This document shows, piece after piece, positions 63,137 to 64,000 of a stretch of DNA of 64,000 nucleotides. Made by a program: the position numbers and the translations under genes. The notes beneath the pieces were generated by a model. The model did not search any database and was not told the DNA's origin. It was given only the letters and a program-made list of their open reading frames with translations. The number at the start of each line of letters is the position of its first letter. The first letter of the stretch is position 1. The stretch spans positions 1,472,001 through 1,536,000 of the forward strand of contig CBDDCX010000008.1 in assembly GCA_965226375.1 (NCBI GenBank), given 5' to 3'. The stretch comes from Longimicrobiales bacterium (lineage in GTDB: Bacteria; Gemmatimonadota; Gemmatimonadetes; Longimicrobiales; Gaopeijiaceae).

Positions 63137-64000
63137 GTGTCCGGTAGTCTCCATCCCATCGTTCAGGCGATCAGCACTTGCCACGCCTTCGAGCAGTTGT
63201 GCGATCAGCTCCCGGGCCGAGGGCAACACCGCCTGCTCGGGGGTGCCATTGGCTCGGCGTCGACGGCCGTGGTGGCAGCCCTCCACGAACGCTTCGCGAC
63301 CAGGGTGCTCGTGGTCGTGGCGCCGTCGCCGCAGGCGGCCACCGACGCCGAGGCCGACCTGGAAGTCCTGCTCGGCCGAGAGGAGTCCTTCCTCTTTCCT
63401 CAGAGGGAGGCCCTACCCTACGAATCGAACGAGCCGCATCTCGAGATCGGCGGACTCCGGGTTGAGGCCGTGGAGGCCCTCCTGGGGGGCAGGGCCCGTC
63501 TCATGGTGACGACCCTGCGGGCCCTGCAGGAACGTGCGCCGATCCCGGCCGGTCTGGCGGAGCTCCGCATCACGCTGCGGACGGGCCAGGAACCGGGCTT
63601 CCAACGACTGGTGCAAGACCTGGATGAGAGGGGCTTCGAACGGGTACCCCTCGTGGAAGAGGTCGGGCAGTACGCCGTGCGTGGCGGGCTCCTCGACATC
63701 TTCTCGTTCGGGACGCTCGAGCCGTTCCGCGTCGAGTTCTGGGGAGATGAGGTCGTGTCCCTGCGCTTCTTCGACATTCTGGACCAACGTTCGAAGGAGT
63801 CGACGGACGAGGTCCACATCCTGCCGGTGGACTTCCATAGGCAGCGGGGCGACGAAAGTGTGGTCTCACGGTCACTCCTCGAGCTGCTTCCAGCAGACGC
63901 GCTCCTCCTCCGGTTCGGCGACGAGGACTGGTCGGCCGAACTGGCCCGTACCTGGCGCCACGTGTGTCGACTCCACGACGAGCTCGAGGCCGAGGGAAAC
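63137..64000 (+). CDS. mfd: Transcription-repair coupling factor (5' part, truncated by the window edge)
   Basis: LFPQREALPYE, GFERVPLVEEVGQYAVRGGLLDIF, RVEFWGDEVVSLRFFDILDQRS. Confidence 0.9.
   Translation, partial: MSGSLHPIVQAISTCHAFEQLCDQLPGRGQHRLLGGAIGSASTAVVAALHERFATRVLVVVAPSPQAATDAEADLEVLLGREESFLFPQREALPYESNEPHLEIGGLRVEAVEALLGGRARLMVTTLRALQERAPIPAGLAELRITLRTGQEPGFQRLVQDLDERGFERVPLVEEVGQYAVRGGLLDIFSFGTLEPFRVEFWGDEVVSLRFFDILDQRSKESTDEVHILPVDFHRQRGDESVVSRSLLELLPADALLLRFGDEDWSAELARTWRHVCRLHDELEAEGN

Overview
This is a GC-rich bacterial chromosomal segment. Gene content and protein style suggest Gemmatimonadota, which is an inference. It is mostly housekeeping genes: ispE/tRNA-Gln, pdxJ, hflX, rarA, cca, gmhA, alaS, recA, a ccm cytochrome c maturation operon, glpK-maf-dtd-glmS, purD-mutM, menG/ubiE, mrp/nfu, pruA, lepA and mfd. 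The most unusual element is a ~300-bp non-coding, MITE-like element directly upstream of purD. It has 34-bp terminal inverted repeats and two oppositely oriented arms predicted to form repeated tandem G.A pairs, one arm on each strand. Other points of interest are: (1) a fused 'arsenosugar-type' cassette (MerA-like reductase without the Cys pair, VTT/DedA-DUF547 fusion, TIGR04283+TIGR04282-like glycosyltransferase fusion) with no radical SAM gene in the window; (2) an orphan STAS-HATPase / STAS-wHTH partner-switching pair in the lepA operon; (3) a CxxxY-type CcmE with no ccmG/H in the operon; (4) a DUF4384-like exported protein with a CXXCH motif behind a sigma54-like promoter; (5) an ECF sigma with a double zinc-finger anti-sigma and an internal SigW-type promoter; (6) an internally deleted Wzc; (7) two single-base frameshifts, possibly sequencing indels. 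No CRISPR array, rRNA, transposase or integrase was seen. All family calls come from motif recognition by eye, not database searches.
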